DNA of 64,000 nucleotides, taken from the NCBI GenBank assembly GCA_963677925.2, contig CAXXYH010000003.1, positions 1,632,001 through 1,696,000 of the forward strand. The letters are read 5' to 3'. The translations under genes and the position numbers were made by a program. Positions 28,926-38,592 of the stretch are shown piece after piece (the first letter of the stretch is position 1; every line of letters starts with the position of its first letter). A model generated the notes under the pieces. That model was not told the DNA's origin. It ran no database searches and saw only the letters and a list, made by a program, of their open reading frames with translations. The stretch is from Spirochaetia bacterium. Lineage in GTDB: Bacteria > Spirochaetota > Spirochaetia > UBA9216.

Positions 28926-30158
28926 CTACTTTGCAATAACCATCTTAAAACCGTCTTTCAGCGATTTTGCTTTTCCGGTCATCAGTATGGCCTGCCTGAA
29001 AATCTTTCCTGAAGCTATTGCAACACCTGCAATAGAAACTATCAGGATTAAAACACAGAGTGCAATCTGCCAGACCGGAGGCTGTCCAACCATCAGTCTG
29101 ACGAACATAACCATTGGAGATGTCAGCGGAAAGAGAGAGAAAAACAGTGAAATACCGGAATCGGGATTCATTACGAAGTATGAAATCATAACCATCGGAA
29201 GAATGAGCGGAATAAGCATAGGCATCTGCAGCTGGCCCATACTCTGCTCATCCTCCGCCAGCGCTCCGGTTGCGGCATAGAGACATGAGTAGAGAAAGAA
29301 GGCAAGCAGAAAGAACAGAACAAGGTAGCCAAGCATATCAACTGAAAAGACCGAAGGCATGGATAAGTTAAAAACCGGACCCACGACCTTAATAAGCAGG
29401 AGCGACGCAGCAATCCAAACCACATACTGTGATATCCCTGCAAGACCGAGTCCCAGAATCTTTCCAAGCATCAGTGTGACAGGTTTAACTGAAGAAAGCA
29501 TAACCTCTACTGTTTTGCTGGTTTTCTCCCCTACTACTTCACGGCCGATCATCTGACTGTAAAGAAGGGTTGTCATATACAGAAGCATGATAAATGCAAT
29601 TGCGGAGTATATAAAAGATGTAAAATCCTGAGCTTCTTTTTCCTCTCCGCCCTTTTTAAGCTGAATAACATCAAGCCGCGGTTTTGCCGTAAGCGAGGCA
29701 ACTTTTACCGGATCAAGGCCTTCTCCGCTTATCCGCATTGAGGTGACAATCTGTCCAACAACATTCCGCACAGTCTCTGTAAGCATGATATCGCTGGCAT
29801 TTGATGTATAAAAAACCAGCTCATTTGAACTAAGCGGATCATCGGGAAGAACAAGCAGTCCGTCAATCCCGTTCTCTGCTGCTCTCTGCCTGGATAATTC
29901 AAGATCCTCTGATTTTGACAGGGTCAGAATCTCGGAACTTGAGGCTATAATTGCTTCAACCACAGCCGGATTTCCGCCGTAAATTTCAACCTCTGCACCG
30001 CTGAAACTGTCAAGGCTCTTCTCGGTCAGAATGCTTGGAAGAACCGTCATTGCAAGTATCAGAACCGGTCCGAGAATTGTAATTACAATAAAACTCTTCT
30101 TCATTGCGGTACGCCGGTAATTGAATTTAATCATTGTTAATAATTTACTGCTTTTCAT
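28926..30158 (-). CDS. ABC-2 exporter permease (NatB/YhaP-like)
   Basis: EKTSKTVEVMLSSVKP..LMLGKILG; start moved to ATG 30158, overlapping the ATPase stop. Confidence 0.88.
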   Translation of the reverse strand: MKSSKLLTMIKFNYRRTAMKKSFIVITILGPVLILAMTVLPSILTEKSLDSFSGAEVEIYGGNPAVVEAIIASSSEILTLSKSEDLELSRQRAAENGIDGLLVLPDDPLSSNELVFYTSNASDIMLTETVRNVVGQIVTSMRISGEGLDPVKVASLTAKPRLDVIQLKKGGEEKEAQDFTSFIYSAIAFIMLLYMTTLLYSQMIGREVVGEKTSKTVEVMLSSVKPVTLMLGKILGLGLAGISQYVVWIAASLLLIKVVGPVFNLSMPSVFSVDMLGYLVLFFLLAFFLYSCLYAATGALAEDEQSMGQLQMPMLIPLILPMVMISYFVMNPDSGISLFFSLFPLTSPMVMFVRLMVGQPPVWQIALCVLILIVSIAGVAIASGKIFRQAILMTGKAKSLKDGFKMVIAK

Positions 30159-31056
30159 ATTCATCTCCGTCTCCTGCAAGATCAACAAATATCTTATGCA
30201 GGCTTGGGGCTTGAAGTTCGAACCTCGCAACCTTAAGCTTTCCGGCTACAGCCCTGAAAAGTTCATCCGATGCATTATCATCTTCAATCAGCTCAACCTC
30301 GCATGAGCCGGGCCAGAGGTTTATATCCTTGACAAAGGGCAGTTCTTTCACAAAGGCTGCACTGCCTTCAAAATCTATTCGTACTGTATTCCGCCCGAAC
30401 TGTTTTTTAACCTCAGACAGTGAACCCGATGTTTTAACTTTTCCTTTTTTCATTATGCAGATTCGGTTGCATATCTGTTCGGCATGACTCATAACGTGGG
30501 TGCTGAAAATTATAGTTTTGCCCCTGTCCCTCAGCTCTGCAATAAGAGCGCTGAGCTGATCGGCACTTACGGGATCAAGTCCTGAAAAGGGTTCATCAAG
30601 TACAATAATCTGCGGGTCATGAAGGATGGTGGAAATAAACTGAATTTTCTGAGCCATTCCCTTTGACAGCTCATCCGTCTTCTTATTCTTCCAATCAAGC
30701 AGATCGAATCTTTTTAGAAGCGGAACCATATCGCTTTTGGCCTTAGATAGACTGGCACCTTTCAGCTCTGCCAGATATAGAAGAAGGTCCTCAACAACAA
30801 CCTTTTTATACAGACCTCGTTCTTCAGGAAGATACCCGATACGATCCTTATCCCCTTCATTTATCGGGGTTCCGTCGAATAGAATCTCACCAGTATCAGG
30901 GCTGATAATATTCATGATCATCCTGATTGTGGTGGATTTTCCAGCGCCATTGGGTCCGAGCAAACCGTAAATCTGTCCGGGTTCAATTGAAAATGAAAGC
31001 TCATCAACGGCTTTCAGACTGCCGTAACTTTTTGAAACCTGTTTTACCTCAACCAC
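30145..31056 (-). CDS. ABC exporter ATP-binding protein (NatA/YhaQ-like)
   Basis: GPNGAGKST, YLPEERGLY, LSKGMAQK, LDEPFSGLDP. Confidence 0.92.
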   Translation of the reverse strand: MVEVKQVSKSYGSLKAVDELSFSIEPGQIYGLLGPNGAGKSTTIRMIMNIISPDTGEILFDGTPINEGDKDRIGYLPEERGLYKKVVVEDLLLYLAELKGASLSKAKSDMVPLLKRFDLLDWKNKKTDELSKGMAQKIQFISTILHDPQIIVLDEPFSGLDPVSADQLSALIAELRDRGKTIIFSTHVMSHAEQICNRICIMKKGKVKTSGSLSEVKKQFGRNTVRIDFEGSAAFVKELPFVKDINLWPGSCEVELIEDDNASDELFRAVAGKLKVARFELQAPSLHKIFVDLAGDGDEYEKQ

Positions 31057-31150
31057 TGTTTTTACTCCATATTTGATACTATAAATACTACCATATTCAA
31101 CACAAAATATTCACTTTAATGTTGCCGGGTGTATAATAATTAAATATATT

Positions 31151-32065
31151 TTGTTACAGATGTCAGGTTTAAAAATCTCCAAGCAATTCTTTCTCGAAGA
31201 AGGACTTCCAGCCCTTAAAGATATATTTCCTGATATTGATCATATGGCTGCTTTCGGAATGGCCGGAGAAGGCTCGGACTGCTTCGGGTATGACGATGAG
31301 ATATCAAGGGATCATGACTGGGGGCCGGGTTTCTGTATCTGGATTGAGTCTGCCGCGGATGATAACCTGAATACAGAACTGAAAAAAGTATATGAAAATC
31401 TTCCCCGGAAATGGAAGGGGTTAAAAACACGCCTTACAGGCGCACCTGCCCGCACCGGTGTATTTGAAATCAGCGCTTTCTTTAAGCAGTTCACCGGCAT
31501 GGACAGAATCCCTGAATCGGTGCTTGAGTGGTGGGCCATCCCCGATTTCATGCTTGCCGCGGCCACCAATGGTGAGGTTTTTTCTGATTATCCCGGAGTA
31601 TTCTCTGCCGACCGGGCATATCTTTCAGCCATACCTGAGGATGTAAGAGTCAAACATATTGCCCAATATGCATTCCAAGCCGGACAGTCCGGCCAGTATA
31701 ATTATCTGCGAGCCCTCAGGCGCGGTGATATACCGGCGCAGAATCTTGCGCTTTCACGTTTCGGCGAATCTGCCATGAAGATGCTCTACCACCTTGGCTG
31801 CAGATATCCGCCTTACTATAAATGGCTCCACCGGGGACTCATTGACACCGGCGAAGCCGGAAAACAGCTTTCACCGCTGTTCATAAAGCTTTTTGAAAAG
31901 AAAGAAGTTATCGACATCATCGAAACGATAAGCAGCAGACTTATTGAGGAGATTAAAAATCAGGATCTTTCAGACGGCGGCAGCGACTTTCTAATTGATC
32001 ATCTAGCAGATATCCATGATAGAATAAGCAGCAAAGAGCTTGCTATATTAAAAATCGAACCTTAG
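31151..32065 (+). CDS. DUF4037-family protein with nucleotidyltransferase-like motif
   Basis: GEGSDCFGYDDEISRDHDWGPGF, ATNGEVF.D, QSGQYNY.R...RGD, PYYKW; true start may be ATG 31160. Confidence 0.78.
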   Translation: MLQMSGLKISKQFFLEEGLPALKDIFPDIDHMAAFGMAGEGSDCFGYDDEISRDHDWGPGFCIWIESAADDNLNTELKKVYENLPRKWKGLKTRLTGAPARTGVFEISAFFKQFTGMDRIPESVLEWWAIPDFMLAAATNGEVFSDYPGVFSADRAYLSAIPEDVRVKHIAQYAFQAGQSGQYNYLRALRRGDIPAQNLALSRFGESAMKMLYHLGCRYPPYYKWLHRGLIDTGEAGKQLSPLFIKLFEKKEVIDIIETISSRLIEEIKNQDLSDGGSDFLIDHLADIHDRISSKELAILKIEP

Positions 32066-32075
32066 AGGAACTTAT

Positions 32076-32696
32076 ATGAATGCTGGATTAATAGAGAAAA
32101 TAATCGATATTGAGTTTGAGATGTTTACAGCTGTGAATAACCAGGGAGGAAAAGCAACCTGTCAGGACGACAGAAAAACCTTTGAAATAATGAGGATCAG
32201 CCAGTTTGAGATCTACAATGATGAAATTCTGCAGAGCTGGCTTGAAGATCTCAGAAGAGCAGAGGCTGCCAAAAGAAACCTGATGACAGAGAAATACGCC
32301 AGAATGATGGAATATACCTTCCCGGCGGAATATGAGCAGATAAAGGACAGCCTTCCTGAAGTTTCTGATCCTGCAAAACAGGCAGTTGAAGAAATTGCAG
32401 CAATTTACCTGCAATGGGATACTGAGCTTGAAGCTGAATATCCTGCCATAACATCAAGGGGAAGAGGAAGCCAGGACACAGAATATGTAACATCAAAGCA
32501 GACATATCTGAAAGGCGAGCTTTCAACCTACTCTGAGAGAACACTTTATCTGATTCTTAAATGGCTCCGTGATCATGAAAAGAAAAATGAAAACCTAGCC
32601 GCAAAGCTTCTTCTCAATACCGTTAACATGTATGGCTATGAAAACCTTAAGGATGCCGAAGCCGCAATCAAGGCGGGCAAAGAGCAACAAACGTAA
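32076..32696 (+). CDS. DUF4125-family protein
   Basis: EFEMF..VNN.GG.A.CQDD..TF.IMR.SQF, NL.TEKYARMM, TYLKGELSTYS. Confidence 0.8.
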   Translation: MNAGLIEKIIDIEFEMFTAVNNQGGKATCQDDRKTFEIMRISQFEIYNDEILQSWLEDLRRAEAAKRNLMTEKYARMMEYTFPAEYEQIKDSLPEVSDPAKQAVEEIAAIYLQWDTELEAEYPAITSRGRGSQDTEYVTSKQTYLKGELSTYSERTLYLILKWLRDHEKKNENLAAKLLLNTVNMYGYENLKDAEAAIKAGKEQQT

Positions 32697-32722
32697 AAAG
32701 TTAATACATTTACTTTTTTCAG

Positions 32723-32751
32723 TTGCAAGATGTCACCTCTATTATTACTAT
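32723..32751 (+). promoter_or_regulatory. sigma70 promoter of ferritin
   Basis: TTGCAA-N17-TACTAT upstream of AAGGAG SD. Confidence 0.55.
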
Positions 32752-32784
32752 TAATATAAGTTTTTATTAATAAAGGAGAATCCA

Positions 32785-33333
32785 ATGAGTATCAAAAAAG
32801 AAATGCAGGATGCTATCAATGATCAGATAAATGCGGAGATGTTCTCAGCAAACCTTTACCTTTCCATGGCAACATGGTTTGACAGCGAAGACCTTCCCGG
32901 TTTTTCCAACTGGATGAGATGCCAGTATATGGAAGAAACAATGCATGCAATGAAATTCTACAACTTTGTAGACGAACGCGGCGGAAAAGGAGAAATAAAG
33001 GCTCTGGAAGCACCTGACACAACATGGAATTCATATGTTGAAGCATTTGAAGCTGTTGTGAAGCATGAAGAATACATAAGCGACCGGATCAATAAACTGG
33101 TTACACTTTCCAGAAAGATTGAAGATTATGCAACAGAGAATTTCCTGATGTGGTATGTTACTGAACAGGTTGAAGAAGAAGATACAGCAAACCAGATTCT
33201 GGTTAAACTTAAAAGGCTCAAGGATGATTCAAACGGTCTTTTAAGATACGACACCGAAATGGGCGCACGTACACTTAATGCACAGGCAGTACCGACAATA
33301 CTTAATCAGGCAGCAGACACAGCTGCAGGCTGA
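32785..33333 (+). CDS. ftnA: non-heme ferritin
   Basis: INDQINAEMFSANLYLSM, EETMHAMK, HE, FLMWYVTEQVEEE ferroxidase residues. Confidence 0.92.
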   Translation: MSIKKEMQDAINDQINAEMFSANLYLSMATWFDSEDLPGFSNWMRCQYMEETMHAMKFYNFVDERGGKGEIKALEAPDTTWNSYVEAFEAVVKHEEYISDRINKLVTLSRKIEDYATENFLMWYVTEQVEEEDTANQILVKLKRLKDDSNGLLRYDTEMGARTLNAQAVPTILNQAADTAAG

Positions 33334-33365
33334 TCAATCGATCTGATAATAAAAAAGCATGTTTG

Positions 33366-33404
33366 CGGCTGACCGGGTTCAATATCCTGTCAGCCGTTTT
33401 TTTT
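33366..33404 (+). terminator. intrinsic terminator after ferritin
   Basis: CGGCTGAC...GTCAGCCG stem followed by T8. Confidence 0.7.
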
Positions 33405-33873
33405 ATATACGCATCAGGAGCCTCGCGGTTGACCACATACACATCAGAATCCAGAAAATAACAAATGACCAGGGCCCGTAGACAGAGAAAGCAAGACTGC
33501 CCTTGTAAAGTTTATCTTTTGAGGGATCATCTCCTGCGCCGGGTATATAATCACGGCCGATTGCAAGATCGGACATATCCGGATTATTCTGAAGAAGCTT
33601 TCTCTGCTTTACCAGCCATTTATCTATTGTTTTATGAGCGGCGTTCAGGGGCTGTATCAGTACAACCGATGTAAAAATACCCAGCGCCGCAACAATATAG
33701 ACATAAACAGCTACGCTTGCATAGACTGCAGCAGTCTGAAGCAGAGCAAAGGGAACAACAAGAAAGGACTGGCAGGTAACAAGGATGGTGGATCTCATTG
33801 CAATAAGATTAAACTCGGTCCTTATTTCTTCCTTGTAATACTGAAGTTTCTGAAAATTGGATATTTCATTCAT
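33403..33873 (-). CDS. hypothetical membrane protein (3 hydrophobic segments)
   Basis: 156 aa ORF filling the gap, with TGn-TATAAA 8 nt before the ATG; no catalytic motif recognised. Confidence 0.65.
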   Translation of the reverse strand: MNEISNFQKLQYYKEEIRTEFNLIAMRSTILVTCQSFLVVPFALLQTAAVYASVAVYVYIVAALGIFTSVVLIQPLNAAHKTIDKWLVKQRKLLQNNPDMSDLAIGRDYIPGAGDDPSKDKLYKGSLAFSVYGPWSFVIFWILMCMWSTARLLMRI

Positions 33874-33926
33874 GATCGGAGTTTATATCAGCCAGATGAT
33901 TAGGTAAAGAGAATTAAACTTCAGCT

Positions 33927-33955
33927 TTTACATGAAGTTTTAAAAATGATACTAT
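33927..33955 (+). promoter_or_regulatory. sigma70 promoter of the methyltransferase gene
   Basis: TTTACA-N17-TACTAT with TG extended -10. Confidence 0.55.
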
Positions 33956-33970
33956 CAGATACGTTAACTT

Positions 33971-35818
33971 ATGGATGAAGAACTTATTTCCGCCGGAAAA
34001 ACAGCTGAAATACTCGGGATTACAAAAGCCAGTATAAAAAACTGGGAAAGACATGGTCTTCTGGTTAGTTTAAATGGAAAGTTCGCGGCGGCTGATGTGA
34101 ATACTCTTCTTGAGAATATCAGAAAAGGAAACATCAGCAGGCTCAACAGCAGGGCTAATAAAAAACAGGCTTCCGGAACTATGAATTCCTCAGGACATCT
34201 TCTGCAGAAAACTGACGCAGCTGCACTGAAGGCTTTTTTAAAGAAGTGCCCCCCTGATGAGACAGATCTTAACACAGTTATTTTTACTTCAGTACTGCAA
34301 CAGCTTCAAAAAGCCGGTCTTATTATTAAAGCTGCAGACGGAAAGATTCAGGCCTTGAGTGAGGCGGATTTCAGATACCCTGCTGTAAAGACATTCATAT
34401 CAGCCTGGCATGCTGAAACAGCCCTGGGCACAATCCCTCACCCCCTCTACCTTCAGCAAATCCCGGAACTGCAGATAGAAGACCCGGCAGGCTGTATCTA
34501 TCAGGCACTGCTGCAGCGTGGGGAAAAGGCTGTAAAAGGCTCATTCTATACTCCCGAAATCACTGCAAAAGAAATGACATCCTCGGCAATTTCGGGGATC
34601 AGGGCCGCCGGAGGTAATCCGGCAGAGAAGCTTCTGTTTCTGGACCCATGCTGCGGTTCCGGACAGTTTCTGCTGTCGTTTGCAGATGCTGGAGCATCAC
34701 CTGAAAATATAATCGGATTTGATTCAGACCCGATTGCCGTCAGGATAGCAACAGCCAATTTGATGACAAGATTTCCTGAAATTGAGTTCTCTCCCAGGAT
34801 TATCTGTACTGATGCTCTTGATATGACACCTGAAAAAATGCATGAGCTTATCGGCAGCAAACCGGATGTTATAGTAACAAACCCGCCCTGGGGCGCCGAG
34901 CTTAAACAGAACAAAGGCGAAGACAGTTTTTCGAGTTTCCTTAAATTAGGCTGCCGCCTTACAGGTGAGGGAGGCATGGTCTCAATGCTGCTGCCCGAAT
35001 CTGTTACCAATATAAAAAAACATAAAACTGCCAGAAAAGAAATACTTGAGAATGCAGAAATAACCTCAATAATACATCACGGCCGGATATTTAAAAATGT
35101 GTTCACCCCGGTCGTGAGCCTTGAATTCAGAAAAAAAACAGATCCGGAAAGGAATGCTCAAAGCAGCAGATATATAGGGAACACAGATTATATCTTTGAC
35201 TTCTATCTGAAATCAGAAGACTCAGAAATAATCGAAAAGATTGAGAAAATGGCTCCAGCGGCTCTTACCGGAAATGCGGAATGGGCTCTTGGTATTGTTA
35301 CCGGTGATAATCGAAAGTATCTTCGAAGCAGAAAAACAGATAGGACAGAACCGGTAATAACAGGCTCTGATATTTATCCCGGATTTTTAAAACCAGCTTC
35401 CAAATTTATAGTTTTTGAAAAGGACAGGCTTCAGCAGGCCGCCTCAGAAGAGCTCTACAGGAAGCCGGAAAAAATTGTTTACCGCTTCATTTCAAAAAAA
35501 CTAATCTGTGCAGTTGATACAGGCGGCAGCCTGACACTTAACAGTGCAAATATTATCATCCCGAATGAGTCTTTTATCAACTGCAGATTACTGGCTGAAT
35601 TATTTAATACAGACCTGTATAATTTCATCTATCAGAAGCGTTTTAATGCCCTGAAAGTCCTTCGTAAAAACCTGGAAGAATTGCCGTTACCGGAAACGGA
35701 AGCTATTGAACAGGTCAGGAAACTTCAGGCTATGCCTGGTAATATTGAATATTTACTTTATAATTATTTCGGTATTTCTGAGAAAGAAGCCGCATATATC
35801 CGTTCAGAAATCAGATAA
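33971..35818 (+). CDS. N6-adenine DNA methyltransferase (gamma class, TaqI-like C-terminal TRD) with N-terminal HTH
   Basis: GSFYTP, FLDPCCGSGQF (motif I), VTNPPW (motif IV), LGIVTGDN, EKIVYRFI; N-terminus TAEILGITKASIKNWERHG. Confidence 0.85.
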   Translation: MDEELISAGKTAEILGITKASIKNWERHGLLVSLNGKFAAADVNTLLENIRKGNISRLNSRANKKQASGTMNSSGHLLQKTDAAALKAFLKKCPPDETDLNTVIFTSVLQQLQKAGLIIKAADGKIQALSEADFRYPAVKTFISAWHAETALGTIPHPLYLQQIPELQIEDPAGCIYQALLQRGEKAVKGSFYTPEITAKEMTSSAISGIRAAGGNPAEKLLFLDPCCGSGQFLLSFADAGASPENIIGFDSDPIAVRIATANLMTRFPEIEFSPRIICTDALDMTPEKMHELIGSKPDVIVTNPPWGAELKQNKGEDSFSSFLKLGCRLTGEGGMVSMLLPESVTNIKKHKTARKEILENAEITSIIHHGRIFKNVFTPVVSLEFRKKTDPERNAQSSRYIGNTDYIFDFYLKSEDSEIIEKIEKMAPAALTGNAEWALGIVTGDNRKYLRSRKTDRTEPVITGSDIYPGFLKPASKFIVFEKDRLQQAASEELYRKPEKIVYRFISKKLICAVDTGGSLTLNSANIIIPNESFINCRLLAELFNTDLYNFIYQKRFNALKVLRKNLEELPLPETEAIEQVRKLQAMPGNIEYLLYNYFGISEKEAAYIRSEIR

Positions 35819-35843
35819 GACTATTAGTGCAGGAGGTTTGTTT

Positions 35844-36881
35844 TTGCCCAAGGAATCATCTCATATTTATCTTAACTTCAGACTGAGAGAATATCTGAAA
35901 TCGCGTAAGGAACTTAAACAGCTCTCGAAACTTATTGAATCGAGCCCGAATCTTTTTATGACCGGAGCAATGGCTCCTGATTCCGTGTTCAATTACATGC
36001 ATGGTGCCGAAAAGAAAACAGTTAAAAGCATTGAAGGCTGGGCTCATGGAGAATCAGGTGAAGACCTGTTCGGATATTTCCGCAGATTTCAAAAACTTGG
36101 TATCCCGACAGCATACGGTCTGCCCTTCGGTCTGGGCGTGCTATGCCACCTCTGTGCGGATATGGCCTTTCATCCCTTTGTTTTTTATTTCTGCGGTGAA
36201 GATCTGCCTGGTTCGAAAGAGGCTACCTACAGGCACCTGGCGCTGGAGACTGAAATAGACATCCATCTAAGATGGTTTTATCCTGAACTCATCCCCGTTC
36301 ACATGCAGGATTTTTATTCACAAATTGAGTGTACGCGCGAAACATTTGCACAGATGCTGAAATCAGTCCATTTATCGGATGAAAATATTGATATTCTTGA
36401 TGCTTCAGTATTTTCATCGATGTACAGGCAGCACTGTTCTCATGACATGCTTTACGGGAAGAAGGCTGCGGATCTCTTCGCTAATTTCCTTACAATGCTG
36501 ACACTTGGAAAAAGAAAAGAACCTGCTCTGCTTTTTTATACCGATCGAAGACTTCCGCCTGCGGAGGGTATGAAAGACGCTTTTGAGAATGAACTCATCA
36601 TTTATAAAAACCCGGTCACAGGAGAGGCACTTGAGACAAGCTTTAATCAGATGGTTGATAAGTTTTTCAGCTTATTTCATGAATATACTCAGCCGCTGGG
36701 AAACCTTCTTGAAGGCAGCCGTCCGGACTGGGACGATATCCTCCCGGAAGTAAACCTGTTGCTAGCCAGGAGCCCTCACAGCGGACGTCCAATGGCTGAC
36801 GGAAAAGAGCCTGAGATGTCGTACTTTGAAATAAAAACTTTCAATGAAATCTGGGGAGCCTTGCCCGTATCAGCCCGCTGA
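35844..36881 (+). CDS. zinc-dependent phospholipase C / P1-nuclease-fold family protein
   Basis: Start moved to TTG 35844 after AGGAGG, giving MPKESSH; GAMAPD, GVLCHLCADMAFHPFV, HLALETEID. Confidence 0.78.
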   Translation: MPKESSHIYLNFRLREYLKSRKELKQLSKLIESSPNLFMTGAMAPDSVFNYMHGAEKKTVKSIEGWAHGESGEDLFGYFRRFQKLGIPTAYGLPFGLGVLCHLCADMAFHPFVFYFCGEDLPGSKEATYRHLALETEIDIHLRWFYPELIPVHMQDFYSQIECTRETFAQMLKSVHLSDENIDILDASVFSSMYRQHCSHDMLYGKKAADLFANFLTMLTLGKRKEPALLFYTDRRLPPAEGMKDAFENELIIYKNPVTGEALETSFNQMVDKFFSLFHEYTQPLGNLLEGSRPDWDDILPEVNLLLARSPHSGRPMADGKEPEMSYFEIKTFNEIWGALPVSAR

Positions 36882-36882
36882 C

Positions 36883-37806
36883 TCAGATTAAAACTGCGAT
36901 CCACAGCGACATTGTAATAATTGAAAAAATAGTTGTCACCGATATTATTTCGCCGGCAAGCCTTGTATCAGCGCCGAATCCGTCTGCCATTGCAAAGGTT
37001 GAAACAGCAGTCGGATTACCTGCAAGCAGGACAAGAACAGCGGTCATCTCGTTCGAATAGTTCAAAAGCCTGCAGGCAGCAAATACCAATAATGGAAGCA
37101 GAACAAGCTTCATTAATGAACTTACACCCCATAAAACCCTTCCGTGTATAAGGCTTGAAAGCTGAAGAGATCCTCCTACACAGAGCAGTGCAAGCGGCAG
37201 AGTCATTCTGGAAAGGTAATTAAGTGACGAATCTATCACCGAATGTACAGGAATTTTTATCAGTGAAAACAATAAGCCTGCTGCAAGACTCAGAAACAGC
37301 GGATTTTTTATCAGTTTAATAATTACATTCAGTAAAACCTGATGCGGTTTCTGTTCTGAGTGATCCCCTAGAACAATAATACACAGGATATTATAGACAG
37401 GCATTGTAAATGCGATAACAACAATAGCTACGGCAACTCCGGAATCAGACAGCAAATTCTGTACAACCGCAAGACCGACAATCGCAACATTGCTTCGGAA
37501 GGAACCCTGAAGTGCACTGGCCCGCATTGGATGCTCGTATTTACGGAGAATAATCCATGTCACAAAAACTGTGATTATGGTTGCAGCAAGGAAGACACCT
37601 ATGCCTCCGAACAGTTCAGACGGTACTGATTCAATAGAGCGCATCTTCTGAAACAGGGTCGCAGGCAGCGCAAAGGTAAAAATGATCTTGTTGGATTTTT
37701 TTATAAAATCATCATTCAGGAAATTGAAACGCCGAAGAATTATCCCGAAAATTATCAGGATAAAAATCGGCACAACGCTGAAAACAGATGACAGAATATT
37801 GCTCAT
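36883..37806 (-). CDS. AEC (auxin efflux carrier) family transporter
   Basis: VVPIF, FALPATLF, FRSNVAIVG, KNPL, PLALLCVG, PTAV; start ATG 37806 or GTG 37818. Confidence 0.88.
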   Translation of the reverse strand: MSNILSSVFSVVPIFILIIFGIILRRFNFLNDDFIKKSNKIIFTFALPATLFQKMRSIESVPSELFGGIGVFLAATIITVFVTWIILRKYEHPMRASALQGSFRSNVAIVGLAVVQNLLSDSGVAVAIVVIAFTMPVYNILCIIVLGDHSEQKPHQVLLNVIIKLIKNPLFLSLAAGLLFSLIKIPVHSVIDSSLNYLSRMTLPLALLCVGGSLQLSSLIHGRVLWGVSSLMKLVLLPLLVFAACRLLNYSNEMTAVLVLLAGNPTAVSTFAMADGFGADTRLAGEIISVTTIFSIITMSLWIAVLI

Positions 37807-38067
37807 TGCCTGCCTCACATATATCTTCTTGTTTAGCAGTTTATAATATTTTCAGTAGGATTACTATAAAATATATCGTTCATTTATGTATCCAATATTA
37901 TTTATACATATGTTATCATTTCAATTATCAGGTTTCGAATATTAGCATTACCGTTTATTATTGGTTAAAAATTGTAATTTTTAAATCCACAGAACCTGAA
38001 CTTGCTGAAGACAGCACAAGAATTTCTATAATTTTTTTTGATTTTCAGAATTCTTTTTATTGGCAAC

Positions 38068-38592
38068 TTACTTCAGATAATAAGCATCATAAATCACTCC
38101 AGGCCCACCCTGAAATTTCGACATAACTATTCCGAATGCAACAACAGAATTAAGCCATTCATATTTCTTTGAAGCTGTTTCAAAAAAGAGATGTTGTCTG
38201 AAATAATATGATGCCGGATCAATTCTTTCACCAGAATCTCGCGCGGCAAGAACTTCAGAGGACCGATGACTTAAACCTATTGTTGAGAGGCTTATCATTT
38301 CACCACTATCGGTTTGAAGCACATAGCGGGTGTCTACCTTGCGCTTACCCTGATCACTAATCATTGAGCTATTCCAATCCGCCCCTAGAGGCAATACTGT
38401 ACCTCTAAGCTTAGGGCCCTCAAACCGGCCTCCGGTAATTGGGATAACCCTCTTTATAGTAAATCCAACTGGACCAATCTCAATTGGAGGATCGCAATGC
38501 ACTACAATCCGATACAAAAATTCCGCAGCAAGGGGCACAGGCAGATAGCCGCCGCCAAGATTCTTCAGCTCAGTATCAAATTGAGTTCTCAT
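38068..38592 (-). CDS. DUF3237-family protein
   Basis: RVIPITGGRFEGPKLRGTVLP.GADW, DTRYVLQTD.G, YYFR....FET....YEWLN. Confidence 0.88.
   Translation of the reverse strand: MRTQFDTELKNLGGGYLPVPLAAEFLYRIVVHCDPPIEIGPVGFTIKRVIPITGGRFEGPKLRGTVLPLGADWNSSMISDQGKRKVDTRYVLQTDSGEMISLSTIGLSHRSSEVLAARDSGERIDPASYYFRQHLFFETASKKYEWLNSVVAFGIVMSKFQGGPGVIYDAYYLK

Noticed and set aside
14249-35818. Complete restriction-modification systems around either methylase
   Set aside because: No adjacent ORF with recognisable endonuclease, HsdR or HsdS features.
35706-35843. N-terminal hydrophobic extension of the Zn-PLC ORF overlapping the methylase
   Set aside because: Artefact of longest-ORF calling; AGGAGG plus TTG 35844 gives the family-typical MP-x4-H start.
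37788-38126. 112-aa ORF across the AT-rich spacer
   Set aside because: Ile/Tyr-rich translation of low-GC intergenic DNA that overlaps both neighbours; no RBS.
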